From contig CAYYYL010000011.1 of assembly GCA_964475835.1 (NCBI GenBank), positions 22,494-86,493 on the forward strand: a DNA stretch of 64,000 nucleotides, in the 5' to 3' direction. The number at the start of each line of letters is the position of its first letter. Within the stretch, counting starts at the first letter, position 1. The stretch comes from an uncultured Verrucomicrobiota bacterium. Its GTDB lineage: Bacteria > Verrucomicrobiota > Verrucomicrobiia > JABWAM01. The notes beneath the pieces were generated by a model. The model saw only the letters and a program-made list of their open reading frames with translations, ran no database searches and was not told the origin of the DNA. The translations under genes were made by a program, and so were the position numbers. This document shows, piece by piece, positions 39,424 to 48,848 of the stretch.

Positions 39424-40015
39424 GCGGAGAATGGTCCTTTGACGAGGAACGACTGTGCGTCAGATAAAGCGCACCGGCAAGCATCAAGACCCCCAGGGCC
39501 ATATACAAAAGATCAAGAGGGGTTTCGAATCGCATCTGCAGCGCATGCTCGAAAAATTTCACCACCAGAATAAGGAGCACGACCTTCGCCAACCGATCCT
39601 TCAAATCATCCAGACTCCGGATCAGGAGCAACCGCGAGGCAAACTCGGAACCTTCCGCAATATCAATCCGACTGATGAATAATTCATAAAGGCCAAGGGC
39701 AAAGATGAGCATGATGGTTGCAAGCAGGTACCCATCCACCACCTCCACCACGGAAGTCACCGTCTCGGATCGCAATATGGCGCGCTGCTCGATATTGAGT
39801 GTCCCTCTGGCATACTCAAAAACATGGGTGCACAGGTGGACCACATCGATCGTCGCCACAAAGAACATCACCACGGATACGATCACACTGGCAAATACCG
39901 CCACCAGAACAATCAGGCGGCTGTTCCACAGAAACTGTTCGAAAAGTTTCTCGAAGAGATTTCGTACACGATTCAGGCCATTCATGAAGCCTGAACCTAC
40001 TGGGTTGCCCGCCAA
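39413..40015 (-). CDS. yqhA: YqhA-family (UPF0114) membrane protein
   Basis: 200 aa; 3-4 TM helices, LWNSRLIVLVAVFASV segment typical of UPF0114; overlaps mgtE start by 11 nt. Confidence 0.6.
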   Translation of the reverse strand: MAGNPVGSGFMNGLNRVRNLFEKLFEQFLWNSRLIVLVAVFASVIVSVVMFFVATIDVVHLCTHVFEYARGTLNIEQRAILRSETVTSVVEVVDGYLLATIMLIFALGLYELFISRIDIAEGSEFASRLLLIRSLDDLKDRLAKVVLLILVVKFFEHALQMRFETPLDLLYMALGVLMLAGALYLTHSRSSSKDHSPHDR

Positions 40016-40064
40016 ACGGAAATCGAAAAATGAATGAAACTCTTCCCACTTTCAAATTCGTTGA

Positions 40065-41777
40065 TTGCACGTTGATTTTTTACCTCAAAATTCCTATCGA
40101 TGCATGAACCGCATGCCCCCCAAGAAAACCCCCACTGCAAGTAAAGCCAAGCCCCCCGCCAAAACCTCCCCTCGCAAAGAGTCCGCCCTCAAGCCTGCAG
40201 CGGATTCCATCAAAGAGGTGAAACCTGAAGTCCAAACCGAGGCGGATCGGATCGCTTCCAAGCAACGGGAGATCTCCGTTTCTGAATTTTTCCTTAAAAA
40301 CCGACATCTCCTCGGCTTTGACAATCCAAAAAAAGCCCTTCTCACCACCATCAAAGAGGCTGTGGACAACAGCCTCGATGCCTGCGAGGAAGCCAAAATC
40401 CTCCCGGAAATCCTGATCGAGGTGAAGCAGCTGCAGGAGGACCGGTTTGTCGTCATCGTCGAGGACAATGGCCCTGGTGTCGTGAAGGAGCAGATTCCTA
40501 AAATCTTCGGAAAACTCCTCTACGGATCGAAGTTTCACTCCATGAAACAAAGTCGGGGGCAGCAGGGCATCGGCATCTCCGCCGCCGGCATGTATGGACA
40601 ACTGACCACCGGTACGCCCACCAAAATCACCTCCCGGATCTCACCCAAAAAACCAGCCCACTATTTTGAAATCCACATCGACACGGCCAAAAACGTCCCC
40701 ACGGTCGTGAAGGATGAGGTGGTGGACTGGAAGCCCCCCCACGGCACCCGGGTGGAAATCGAACTCGAGGGGAAATACCAGAAGGGACGTCATTCGGTGG
40801 AGGATTACGTCCGCCAGACGGTCATCGCCAACCCGCACGCCACCATCACCTATCTCGCCCCGACGGGCGAGAAGGAGGAGTACAAGGCGGCGACACGCCA
40901 GTTCCCCATCGCTCCCCGCGAAATCAAGCCTCATCCCCACGGGATCGAGCTTGGCATTCTGATGAAGATGTTGAAGTCGACAACGTCCCGGAAGGTCAAG
41001 GCATTCCTCAGCACTGATTTTGCCCGTGTCTCCAGCGCCGTCGCCGGGCAGATTCTGAAAACCGCGGAGATTTCCGAGGAAGCCAAACCGAAGGATATCG
41101 CCCACAACGAGGCGGACAAACTCTACCGGGCCATCAATGCCACCAAGCTGATGAAGCCCCCAACCGACTGCCTTTCCCCGATTGGCGAGGAAGCCCTGCT
41201 CCAGGGAATCAAAAAGCACATCGAAGCCGACTTCTATTCGGCCGTGACACGCCCACCCTCGGTCTATCGCGGCAATCCCTTCCAGGTGGAAGTCGCCATC
41301 GCCTACGGTGGAAAACTCCCTCCGGAGGAGCTGGTCGACTTGATGCGTTTCGCCAATCGCGTCCCCCTTCTTTATCAGCAGAGTGCGTGTGCCATCTCCA
41401 AGAGCGTCCTTCAAACAAGCTGGCGCAACTATGGAGTCGATCAGTCCAAAGGAGCCCTTCCCTACGGACCCATGTTCATCGCCGTCCATGTTGCCAGCGT
41501 CTGGGTCCCCTTCACCTCCGAATCCAAGGAGGCGATTGCTTCCTATCCTGAAATCATTCACGAAATCAAGCTGGCGCTTCAAGACTGCGGACGCCGGCTC
41601 GACGCCTTCATCCGCAAAGGTCGCCGCGAAGCCGAAGCGCGACGTAAAAAGGACTACATCAAATCGTACTTACCCCACATCGGCATCGGCCTGCGTGAAA
41701 TCCTCGCCTTCAAGGAGAAGGATGAGAAGAAGGTCTTGGAGCTTCTCACCAACATTCTGGAAAAATCGCGAGACTGA
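40065..41777 (+). CDS. top6B: DNA topoisomerase VI subunit B (GHKL/Bergerat ATPase) with Lys/Pro/Ala-rich N-terminal extension
   Basis: 570 aa; residues ~60-330 match archaeal Top6B from memory: [37 protein letters not shown]1 box VEDNGPGV, G2 box [10 protein letters not shown] and [11 protein letters not shown]. The first ~55 aa are KP/A-rich. The true start may be the Met at 40104 or 40113. Confidence 0.85.
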   Translation: MHVDFLPQNSYRCMNRMPPKKTPTASKAKPPAKTSPRKESALKPAADSIKEVKPEVQTEADRIASKQREISVSEFFLKNRHLLGFDNPKKALLTTIKEAVDNSLDACEEAKILPEILIEVKQLQEDRFVVIVEDNGPGVVKEQIPKIFGKLLYGSKFHSMKQSRGQQGIGISAAGMYGQLTTGTPTKITSRISPKKPAHYFEIHIDTAKNVPTVVKDEVVDWKPPHGTRVEIELEGKYQKGRHSVEDYVRQTVIANPHATITYLAPTGEKEEYKAATRQFPIAPREIKPHPHGIELGILMKMLKSTTSRKVKAFLSTDFARVSSAVAGQILKTAEISEEAKPKDIAHNEADKLYRAINATKLMKPPTDCLSPIGEEALLQGIKKHIEADFYSAVTRPPSVYRGNPFQVEVAIAYGGKLPPEELVDLMRFANRVPLLYQQSACAISKSVLQTSWRNYGVDQSKGALPYGPMFIAVHVASVWVPFTSESKEAIASYPEIIHEIKLALQDCGRRLDAFIRKGRREAEARRKKDYIKSYLPHIGIGLREILAFKEKDEKKVLELLTNILEKSRD

Positions 41778-41786
41778 AAATTTCCC

Positions 41787-42878
41787 ATGGATAAAAAAAC
41801 TGAAAAACTCATACGCGACGCTGCCGACCGTCTTTACCAGACGATCCTGAAAAAACACGCGCCATCCATGGATTTTCCCCTGCGCAGCCTCGACAATGTG
41901 TCTTACGACAAGAAGAAGGGATTCTTTGAGATTGGTGACAAGGTGAAGGAGCGCACCCTCAGCTACAACACTGTCAAAACCTTTGCCCAGGTCGTCCGGA
42001 TGATGGCCCTCTCCCATGAGATTGTGCGCAAGGAGGACATGGCCACGAAACGAGAAGCGTACTATGTCTCCAAAAACTGGGGTGAAGCCAGATTCCTGGA
42101 GCAGCCCGAGTCAGATGCCATCATGGACGACATCGAGGCTCACTTCCGTCTCAATCGGGAAAAGCTCGGCTTCATCCCCGAGGAAAAGGGCGGTGATGTC
42201 GCCGGCAAACTCATCGTCATCGACAAGGATCCGGATAGTGGCAAAAGACTCGAGATCGATTGCACCAAATTTGGCACAGGCTCCTACTCCATTCCCACAG
42301 CATGTGAAGAGCTGGAGTTCAAGACGGACGCCAAATTCATCCTCGCCATCGAAACCGCAGGCATGTTTCAGCGCCTTGTGAAACACAATTTCTATACCAC
42401 CGCCAACTGCGTGCTGATTTCCCTCGGCGGGGTGCCGACCCGGGCCTGCCGCCGATTCATCCGCCGTCTCGCGGATGAAAAAAAACTGCCTGTTTACGCT
42501 TTCGTGGACGGTGATCCCTATGGAATGACCAATATCTACCGCACTCTCAAGGTCGGCTCGGGAAACAACGCGCATCTCAATTCATTTTTCTGCGTGCCCC
42601 AGGCAAGTTACCTTGGGGTGACACCCCAGGATATCATCGATTTCAAGCTGCAGGACGCCACCCATCCACTCCAGGAAGTCGACATCAAGCGCGCCAAGGA
42701 CGCACTCAAAAACGATCCTTTTATCAAATTCCACAAACCGTGGCGTGACGCCATCGAACAAATGTTGAAGATGGGCGTCCGTGTGGAGCAGCAGGCCTTT
42801 GCCAAACACGGCCTCAACCACGTCATCGAAAAATATCTTCCACAGAAACTGAAGTCTCCGCAGAAGTTCCTGCCGTAG
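41787..42878 (+). CDS. top6A: DNA topoisomerase VI subunit A (Spo11/Top6A family)
   Basis: 363 aa; winged-helix segment with candidate catalytic Tyr in KREAYYVS; Toprim Glu (ILAIETAGMF) and DxD (AFVDGDPYG) motifs. Confidence 0.8.
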   Translation: MDKKTEKLIRDAADRLYQTILKKHAPSMDFPLRSLDNVSYDKKKGFFEIGDKVKERTLSYNTVKTFAQVVRMMALSHEIVRKEDMATKREAYYVSKNWGEARFLEQPESDAIMDDIEAHFRLNREKLGFIPEEKGGDVAGKLIVIDKDPDSGKRLEIDCTKFGTGSYSIPTACEELEFKTDAKFILAIETAGMFQRLVKHNFYTTANCVLISLGGVPTRACRRFIRRLADEKKLPVYAFVDGDPYGMTNIYRTLKVGSGNNAHLNSFFCVPQASYLGVTPQDIIDFKLQDATHPLQEVDIKRAKDALKNDPFIKFHKPWRDAIEQMLKMGVRVEQQAFAKHGLNHVIEKYLPQKLKSPQKFLP

Positions 42879-43027
42879 CTGAAAGGGAGGGCCACGCTCT
42901 GTCGTGGCCTCAAATTGATCAAAGCCACGACGGAGCGTGGTCTTCCAAAACCCGGATGGGCACCCCGTTTCGATCTCATCCCTTCCTTGAAAGCCACACA
43001 CCCCGTCCTCTATCATCGCCTTCCATC

Positions 43028-45703
43028 ATGAGGCTGTGCCGGACAATGTGTTTGTTTACCAGCCTTTGGCTGGCCGTCACGACTTCTATCCTGGCCGAGG
43101 ACTTCTATTGGACAAACCAGATCACCGGGAACTTCACCAACGCCCCCAACTGGGTGACAAACAGCCTCTCCGTCACCCTCTTTCCCACGGATGCCGACAA
43201 CGTCTTCTTCACAAACAACATCCCCTCCACGGTCAACTGGACTGCGACGGTTACCAACGCGAATGCCAATTTCTCGAATGGAACGCTGACGCAAGCCATC
43301 GGATCCGCCACCTGGTTGATCACGAACAATTACCTCATCAGCCCCAATCTTTCCGACACCACCACCGTCCTTCATTCGAGCGGCACCCTCGTCGTCACCA
43401 ACGGTGGAGGCACCGCCACCCTCCATATTGGACAAAATGGACGGGGGGTTCTCACCCTCACAGGTGGCACCATCGTCGCCGACCGCATCATCGCCACCAA
43501 TAGCACCTCCACGACGACCAATTCTGTCTTTAATTTCAAATACGGCACCCTGAGAACTCTGAACGGGACGACCATTGGATCCACCCTCTATTCCAATTCC
43601 TTTTCCATCGGAACCACCGCTGGCCAGATTGGCCGGTGGGAAGTATTGGGGGGCACCAATACCATCCTGAATCCAAGCATCTTTCCCTATGCCTTGAACA
43701 TTGGCAACGGTGGAATCGGACAGCTTGTGGAGGCAGGAACTTCCACTTATTTAAGTACAAGCTGGAGGCTTGTTGTTGGTGGCAGCTTATCAAGTTCAAG
43801 CAGCATGCTTGTTATTAGTAATGGTGCTCGATTGGATGTTGGGGATTACATGACGGTGGGAGCTGGAGGCTCAACCAATAATATCGTCCTGGTCACGGAC
43901 TCCAACTCCTTACTGAGACCCATCAATCAAGTGGATATTGGAAGTGTCAGTCCAAGGAACATCCTGATCGTCAGCAATGGTGGCAAGGTATGGCTTACAA
44001 GCACATTCAACTCATTAAATATTGGTGCAAGTGGGGGTGGAAGCAACAATTTGGTCCTGGTCACGGACTCGGGATCGATTCTTACCAATCAGTCCCCCCT
44101 CGCCGTGGGAAGCGGCTCGGGAACCGGGAACAACCGTCTCGTGGTGACCAATGGCGGCAGTGTGTACAACACCAGTGGAATCATTGGCTCCAGTTCAGGG
44201 AGCAATAGTGTTTTCATCACCGGGAACGGATCGAAATGGTACAACACCCTCCATATGACCGTCGGAAGCGGCAGTTCCAGCAACCTGTTGACGATTGCCA
44301 ATGGGGGATCCGTCCGTGATACCACGGGCTTCGTCGGCTCCTCCTCCACCTCCTATAGTAACGCCGTCCTTGTCACGGGAAGTGGCGCCATCTGGACAAA
44401 CACCCTGACCCTAACCCTCAATGGGAGCGCCAGTGAAGTGATGATCACCAACGGCGGTTCCGTCCATGCCCCAAATGTGCGCGTGGGATTCAACACCGGC
44501 AGTTCAGGGAATATTTATATCACCGGCTCGAACAGCCTTCTCCGCGCCGGCACCTCCCTCGCCGTCGGTACCAATGCTTCCAGCTCGGGCACCGGCATGG
44601 TGCTCGTCACCCAGTCCGGCACCCTGGAAGCCACGAATCTGATCAGCGGATTTGCGGGCACCGGCGTGATCACCAACACCGGGGGGATTTTCCAGTTCAC
44701 ACACGCCGCTCCCGTCATCACCACCAACGACCCCAACTCCATCGTCCTTACAAACGGGACGATCTCCTACCGCGCGGTCGCTGCCGCCGACATTTTCAAT
44801 TCCCAGGTCTCCAACATCACTTTTCAGGGCGACAACACCTTTCAACTCAACGCCTCCACCAATTCCAGCATCTCCTCCTACACCTTTGGGACCAACAACG
44901 GAAACCTCTATCAGCACCTGAGTCTCGTCAATGGGTCCACCCGCTGGCAAAGCACCGTCGCCAGCACGATCGGGTCCGGAGGCATCCTGTCCATTTCCAA
45001 CACCACCGCTGTCGTCGCAGGACTCCTGACTAACTCTGGCGCGATCCATGTCTATTTCAGCCGTGTCACCTACAGCAACCCCGTCATCATCGCCAACGCC
45101 TATCTCAGCGATCCCTCCACCAATATTTTCACGACCAATGTGACGATTGCCTCAACGGGATATTTACAGGGAGGCGCAGGCGATCTTTTCCAGTTCGAGA
45201 GAAATCTCACCCTTCAATCAACCGCGAGCAACCTCTTCAATCTCTCCGCATCCACCGTGTTGTTCACCAATCTGGGTGGCGCACATATTCTGGATCTGAC
45301 CGGAAGTTCAGCTCTTGACCGTGGAACCAATGGCATCGTTCAACTTGCCAATGTAACCAACGATTTTGCACTGGGGACCCTGATGATTGCAGAAGCCGGC
45401 GACACCCTTCGCGTCACGGGAGATGTCGCCAACGCACTCTACGTGGGAGCCCTCAACCTGGGGTCACTCGCCAACACCAACAATCTCATCACCGACGTCA
45501 ATGTGTACTACGACAACACCCTGGTCGCCAACGCCTACCTCGGTTCCGCCACCTACGATCTCCAGGGCGCGGGGATGTTGATTCCTTTTGGAGTACCCGA
45601 ACCCGCCTCGATGATGATTTTACTATTTGGGACGGCTGGATTCCTTGCACGCCATCGATCCCGAAAGTCCCACCCCCAGGCTGCGAAAACTGCCGCGCCT
45701 TGA
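43028..45703 (+). CDS. large secreted repeat protein with PEP-CTERM sorting signal
   Basis: Start at MRLCRTMCLFTSLWLAVTTSILA (signal peptide); ~17 degenerate 40-aa repeats (LVVTNGGSV..N..G..G.S..). C-terminus FGVPEPASMMILLFGTAGFLARHRSRK = PEP motif + TM + basic tail. Confidence 0.8.
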   Translation: MRLCRTMCLFTSLWLAVTTSILAEDFYWTNQITGNFTNAPNWVTNSLSVTLFPTDADNVFFTNNIPSTVNWTATVTNANANFSNGTLTQAIGSATWLITNNYLISPNLSDTTTVLHSSGTLVVTNGGGTATLHIGQNGRGVLTLTGGTIVADRIIATNSTSTTTNSVFNFKYGTLRTLNGTTIGSTLYSNSFSIGTTAGQIGRWEVLGGTNTILNPSIFPYALNIGNGGIGQLVEAGTSTYLSTSWRLVVGGSLSSSSSMLVISNGARLDVGDYMTVGAGGSTNNIVLVTDSNSLLRPINQVDIGSVSPRNILIVSNGGKVWLTSTFNSLNIGASGGGSNNLVLVTDSGSILTNQSPLAVGSGSGTGNNRLVVTNGGSVYNTSGIIGSSSGSNSVFITGNGSKWYNTLHMTVGSGSSSNLLTIANGGSVRDTTGFVGSSSTSYSNAVLVTGSGAIWTNTLTLTLNGSASEVMITNGGSVHAPNVRVGFNTGSSGNIYITGSNSLLRAGTSLAVGTNASSSGTGMVLVTQSGTLEATNLISGFAGTGVITNTGGIFQFTHAAPVITTNDPNSIVLTNGTISYRAVAAADIFNSQVSNITFQGDNTFQLNASTNSSISSYTFGTNNGNLYQHLSLVNGSTRWQSTVASTIGSGGILSISNTTAVVAGLLTNSGAIHVYFSRVTYSNPVIIANAYLSDPSTNIFTTNVTIASTGYLQGGAGDLFQFERNLTLQSTASNLFNLSASTVLFTNLGGAHILDLTGSSALDRGTNGIVQLANVTNDFALGTLMIAEAGDTLRVTGDVANALYVGALNLGSLANTNNLITDVNVYYDNTLVANAYLGSATYDLQGAGMLIPFGVPEPASMMILLFGTAGFLARHRSRKSHPQAAKTAAP

Positions 45704-45729
45704 GAGATCACTTTGGGAAGGCGAACTTT

Positions 45730-47058
45730 TCATTGCGACGACGAATTCTGCCTCTGAATGGCGCGATCGTACTCCTCCTTCTTCCGCTTGTATTCCTCCA
45801 TCTGAAGATCGTAGTCCGCCTTCTTCTGCTCATACTCCTTCAATTGACGATCATAATTTGCTTTGTCCTTGAAATACTTTTCAAGACTCTGAATTCGTTT
45901 GATCAATTCCGTACGCCGCGAAAGAAGTTTGACGGATTTCGAATCCAGCCTCAGCCCTTTTTCAACCTCCCCGAGGGCGCGCTGGTTTTGTCTCAGACTG
46001 AAATCCGGATCCTGGGCACTCCCAGGGTAAGCCTGATCGGGACGCATATCCCCAAATACTAGATTGGAATAGGTCGCCGCCATGTTGAGATACGAAATCG
46101 GATCCTGGTAAAGGGAAATCCCAATTTCAGCAACCGGCAGCGCGCTCGCATGCTTTTTACTGCCCCCCAAATAGTGGGCCGCCTCCTGAAAGAAAAATCC
46201 CACCGTCTCCACCCGGCTGAGATTTCGAAGATAAACATTCTCCCCCACCTTGCACGTATTCACCCCTGCCATCATACAAATCTCCGACTCCGTGGTCGGT
46301 TTTCCCGTGGTGGTCTCCCATTCGAAATCACCCGAGTTGGCGGGGGAATCGGGCATCGCCACAACATGGTTTCCATCCGGATCAAGCCGGGCCGCCACAT
46401 GCCCATTACCTTCATAAGGTGAAGGCGCCACCACCATGTAAAGAGGAATTCCGACTGACTCGGCCAGCGCATGCTCGACCAGGACATTGCGAGCGCACAG
46501 AAGGATGGCTCCTCGCGTTTCCCTTCGGACCGGAACCTCACGAAAGATCGTTGTGAATTGAAGAGCATCCACCTCCTCAACCATGTCCTTTTGGATGATT
46601 TGATGAATCGCTTGGAGTGCTTGTTTGTACTCCTCCTTTGACCGAAGCATTGGGGGAACGGCAAACCTCACCTTCTCCACAAGCCTGTCGAGTGTCCCAT
46701 AGTCTGAATCGGGCACGTTCAGCACATGATAATATTTCAGAGCATCGGTATAGTAGTGAAGAAGCGTATCATAAGTGGCGGGTGTCCGTGGAATGACGGG
46801 AATCTCTGCCTTGGGTATCGGAAGGGTCGCAACCCCCTCATCCCTCACCCAGGTTTTCCCATCGTCAAACCGGATCTCCACGATCTCCTTCGACAAATAG
46901 TGCTTCACTCCGCCCTCGCCAATTACGGAAATATGCTCCGGATCATCCAGCGTCGCCTTGCCGGTTGTCATACCATCTTCAAATACAATCAGATCCGCCA
47001 CCGCCGTTTGAAGGGCGATGAACCACAACAGTCCCAGGAAATGGCACCAGATGCGCAT
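45730..47058 (-). CDS. secreted hypothetical protein, possible transglutaminase-like cysteine-protease fold, C-terminal coiled coil
   Basis: Start set at MRIWCHFLGLLWFIALQTAVA (signal-peptide-like) because the upstream 235 codons of the 677-aa ORF-track frame are antisense to the ompA-like gene. Has an ILLCARNVLVEHALAESVGIP...GHVAARLD...D segment reminiscent of the TGase-core C/H/D triad, and a KEYEQKKADYDLQMEEYKRKKEEYD coiled coil. Confidence 0.35.
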   Translation of the reverse strand: MRIWCHFLGLLWFIALQTAVADLIVFEDGMTTGKATLDDPEHISVIGEGGVKHYLSKEIVEIRFDDGKTWVRDEGVATLPIPKAEIPVIPRTPATYDTLLHYYTDALKYYHVLNVPDSDYGTLDRLVEKVRFAVPPMLRSKEEYKQALQAIHQIIQKDMVEEVDALQFTTIFREVPVRRETRGAILLCARNVLVEHALAESVGIPLYMVVAPSPYEGNGHVAARLDPDGNHVVAMPDSPANSGDFEWETTTGKPTTESEICMMAGVNTCKVGENVYLRNLSRVETVGFFFQEAAHYLGGSKKHASALPVAEIGISLYQDPISYLNMAATYSNLVFGDMRPDQAYPGSAQDPDFSLRQNQRALGEVEKGLRLDSKSVKLLSRRTELIKRIQSLEKYFKDKANYDRQLKEYEQKKADYDLQMEEYKRKKEEYDRAIQRQNSSSQ

Positions 47059-47187
47059 GAGGGGAATGTCCGCACCATACGCATCACCCTTCATTTTGGC
47101 AACTTCAGCCACCATGCCGAAGGGAAAACAGATTTGACGAAAGGGATTCGTGCGAACAAGACTCCCGCAAACACCCAACCCTTCCTT

Positions 47188-48012
47188 ATGAAAAAACTCC
47201 TGTTTCACCTGCTTCTCGCTTGCATGGTCCTGCCTGGAATTTCCATGGCCGAGGAAGACGCTGATGGCGGAAAGGATCATCCCCTCTTTCCCCGAATGCC
47301 GAATTACTACATCTATGAATACGACGAAAAGGAGTTCGACACCTATGATTTTCCCATCGGCGGAAAGGATAGTGAAAAAACGGAACGTGTCGAAGGTTCC
47401 AAACGGTACATCCGTTACATGCTGAAGGAAGGCGGGAAGGATGCCGGAAAGGTACAGATCACGCGGAACTACGCCAATGCCCTCCAAAAGCTCGGCGGCT
47501 CCATCATGGGCACTCCCGGTGATGAATCCGAAACCCTCAAAGTGATTCAGGATGGACGGGAATTCTGGGCATGTATTCAACCGTACGACGGAAGTTACGA
47601 TCTCACCATCGTGGAACGCAAGGTGATGAAACAAGACATCACCGCAGGCAAGCTCCTCGAGGAACTCGAATCCAAGGGACATGTCGCCCTCTATATCAAT
47701 TTTGACACCGGCAAGGACATCATCAAGCCGGATTCCCAGCCCATCATTGAACAGGTGGTTCAATTACTGACTCAAAACCTCACCCTTGCCCTCAGCATCG
47801 AAGGCCACACCGACAACACAGGGGATGAAGCTGGAAATCAAACCCTGTCCGAAATGCGTGGCAGAGCCGTGATGAACGCGCTCATTTCAAAAGGCATCGA
47901 TGCATCCCGTCTCAGTTCCCTCGGCTATGGTCGCACAAAACCCATTGCCGACAACAACTCTGAGGAAGGGCGCGCGAAAAACCGGCGAGTCGAAATCGTG
48001 AAGAAAAGGTAA
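47188..48012 (+). CDS. OmpA/MotB-domain outer-membrane-associated protein
   Basis: Start at MKKLLFHLLLACMVLPGISMA (signal peptide); C-terminal OmpA-like domain (IEGHTDNTGDEAGNQTLSEMRGRAV...LGYGRTKPIADNNSEEGRAKNRRVEI). Confidence 0.8.
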   Translation: MKKLLFHLLLACMVLPGISMAEEDADGGKDHPLFPRMPNYYIYEYDEKEFDTYDFPIGGKDSEKTERVEGSKRYIRYMLKEGGKDAGKVQITRNYANALQKLGGSIMGTPGDESETLKVIQDGREFWACIQPYDGSYDLTIVERKVMKQDITAGKLLEELESKGHVALYINFDTGKDIIKPDSQPIIEQVVQLLTQNLTLALSIEGHTDNTGDEAGNQTLSEMRGRAVMNALISKGIDASRLSSLGYGRTKPIADNNSEEGRAKNRRVEIVKKR

Positions 48013-48028
48013 CTCTTCCGTCGGAACG

Positions 48029-48064
48029 TAAAAAAGGCGACTTCTTCAGGAGTCGCCTTTTTTG
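48029..48064. terminator. bidirectional Rho-independent terminator between convergent genes
   Basis: AAAAAA-GGCGACT-tcttcagg-AGTCGCC-TTTTTT. Confidence 0.7.
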
Positions 48065-48087
48065 TCGCTACCGTTATCCACAGAATA

Positions 48088-48657
48088 TCATGGAGTGGTT
48101 GATGCTCCAGTCGCCCCCGAATCCCCGCCCTGCTTCAAATCCTTGAGATCCTGATTCCGATCGCGGCGATCCTTGCGAAGATCCCGGACATCTTGGTTCC
48201 GATCACGACGGTCCTGACGCAGATCACGCACATCCTGGTTGCGGTCACGCCGATCCTGATTCAAGTCCTGATGGTCCTGCTTCGCGTCCTGAAGATCCTC
48301 CTTAAGCTCCTTGCGGTCCTGCTGAACAGCTTCCTTGTCTCCGGCCTTTACATCCTCGCGGAGATCTTTTTTGTCCTGATGAATTTCTTTCCGATCCTCG
48401 TGGCGCTCCACCTTGTCCTGATGAATCTCCTTCTGATCGTTTCGAACTTCGCGACGGTCCTGACGAATTTCACGCTGATCCTTGCGGATCTCCTTCTTGT
48501 CCCGATGGATTTCCTTTTGATCGGCCGCCACTTCTTTTTTTTCTGCAACCGGCTTCCGCACGTGTTTGCCGGCGTGAACACGCTCGGCCTGAACAACATG
48601 GGGAGTCAAGGCAACCAAACCAACGGATAGGATACAAAGAGTAAGTTTCTGATTCAT
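48088..48657 (-). CDS. secreted protein composed of charged ~15-aa tandem repeats
   Basis: Start at MNQKLTLCILSVGLVALTPHVVQA (signal peptide); ~10 repeats of the type (Q/K)DRRDRNQDVRDLR / QKEIHQDKKE; underlying DNA shows ~45-nt imperfect tandem repeats. Confidence 0.55.
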   Translation of the reverse strand: MNQKLTLCILSVGLVALTPHVVQAERVHAGKHVRKPVAEKKEVAADQKEIHRDKKEIRKDQREIRQDRREVRNDQKEIHQDKVERHEDRKEIHQDKKDLREDVKAGDKEAVQQDRKELKEDLQDAKQDHQDLNQDRRDRNQDVRDLRQDRRDRNQDVRDLRKDRRDRNQDLKDLKQGGDSGATGASTTP

Positions 48658-48848
48658 AAGATTAAGGGATTCGACATGCGTGCTGTGCACCAGGTCTTAA
48701 GAATTACAACACCGGGTTCTTTCAAAAGTTTCGCGGCAACCCTGAATTTGTTCAGGCTTCAATCGCGGATGCCAATAACTTGAGGCAAAATGCGCCCGGG
48801 CAAGATCCATCCCCCCCAGGCGGCCGTTCCCACGTTTTCAGTAAGCTG

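Noticed and set aside
38272-39573. 433-aa plus-strand ORF antisense to mgtE/yqhA
   Set aside because: His/Arg/Gln-rich antisense frame. mgtE on the opposite strand is unambiguous.
40641-41582. 313-aa minus-strand ORF antisense to top6B
   Set aside because: Embedded in Top6B coding sequence. Gly/Asp-rich and motif-free.
40065-42878. Topoisomerase VIII (plasmid-type fused IIB topoisomerase) instead of topo VI
   Set aside because: B and A subunits are separate genes of archaeal-like length, with a 9-nt intergenic gap. Topo VIII is a single fused polypeptide.
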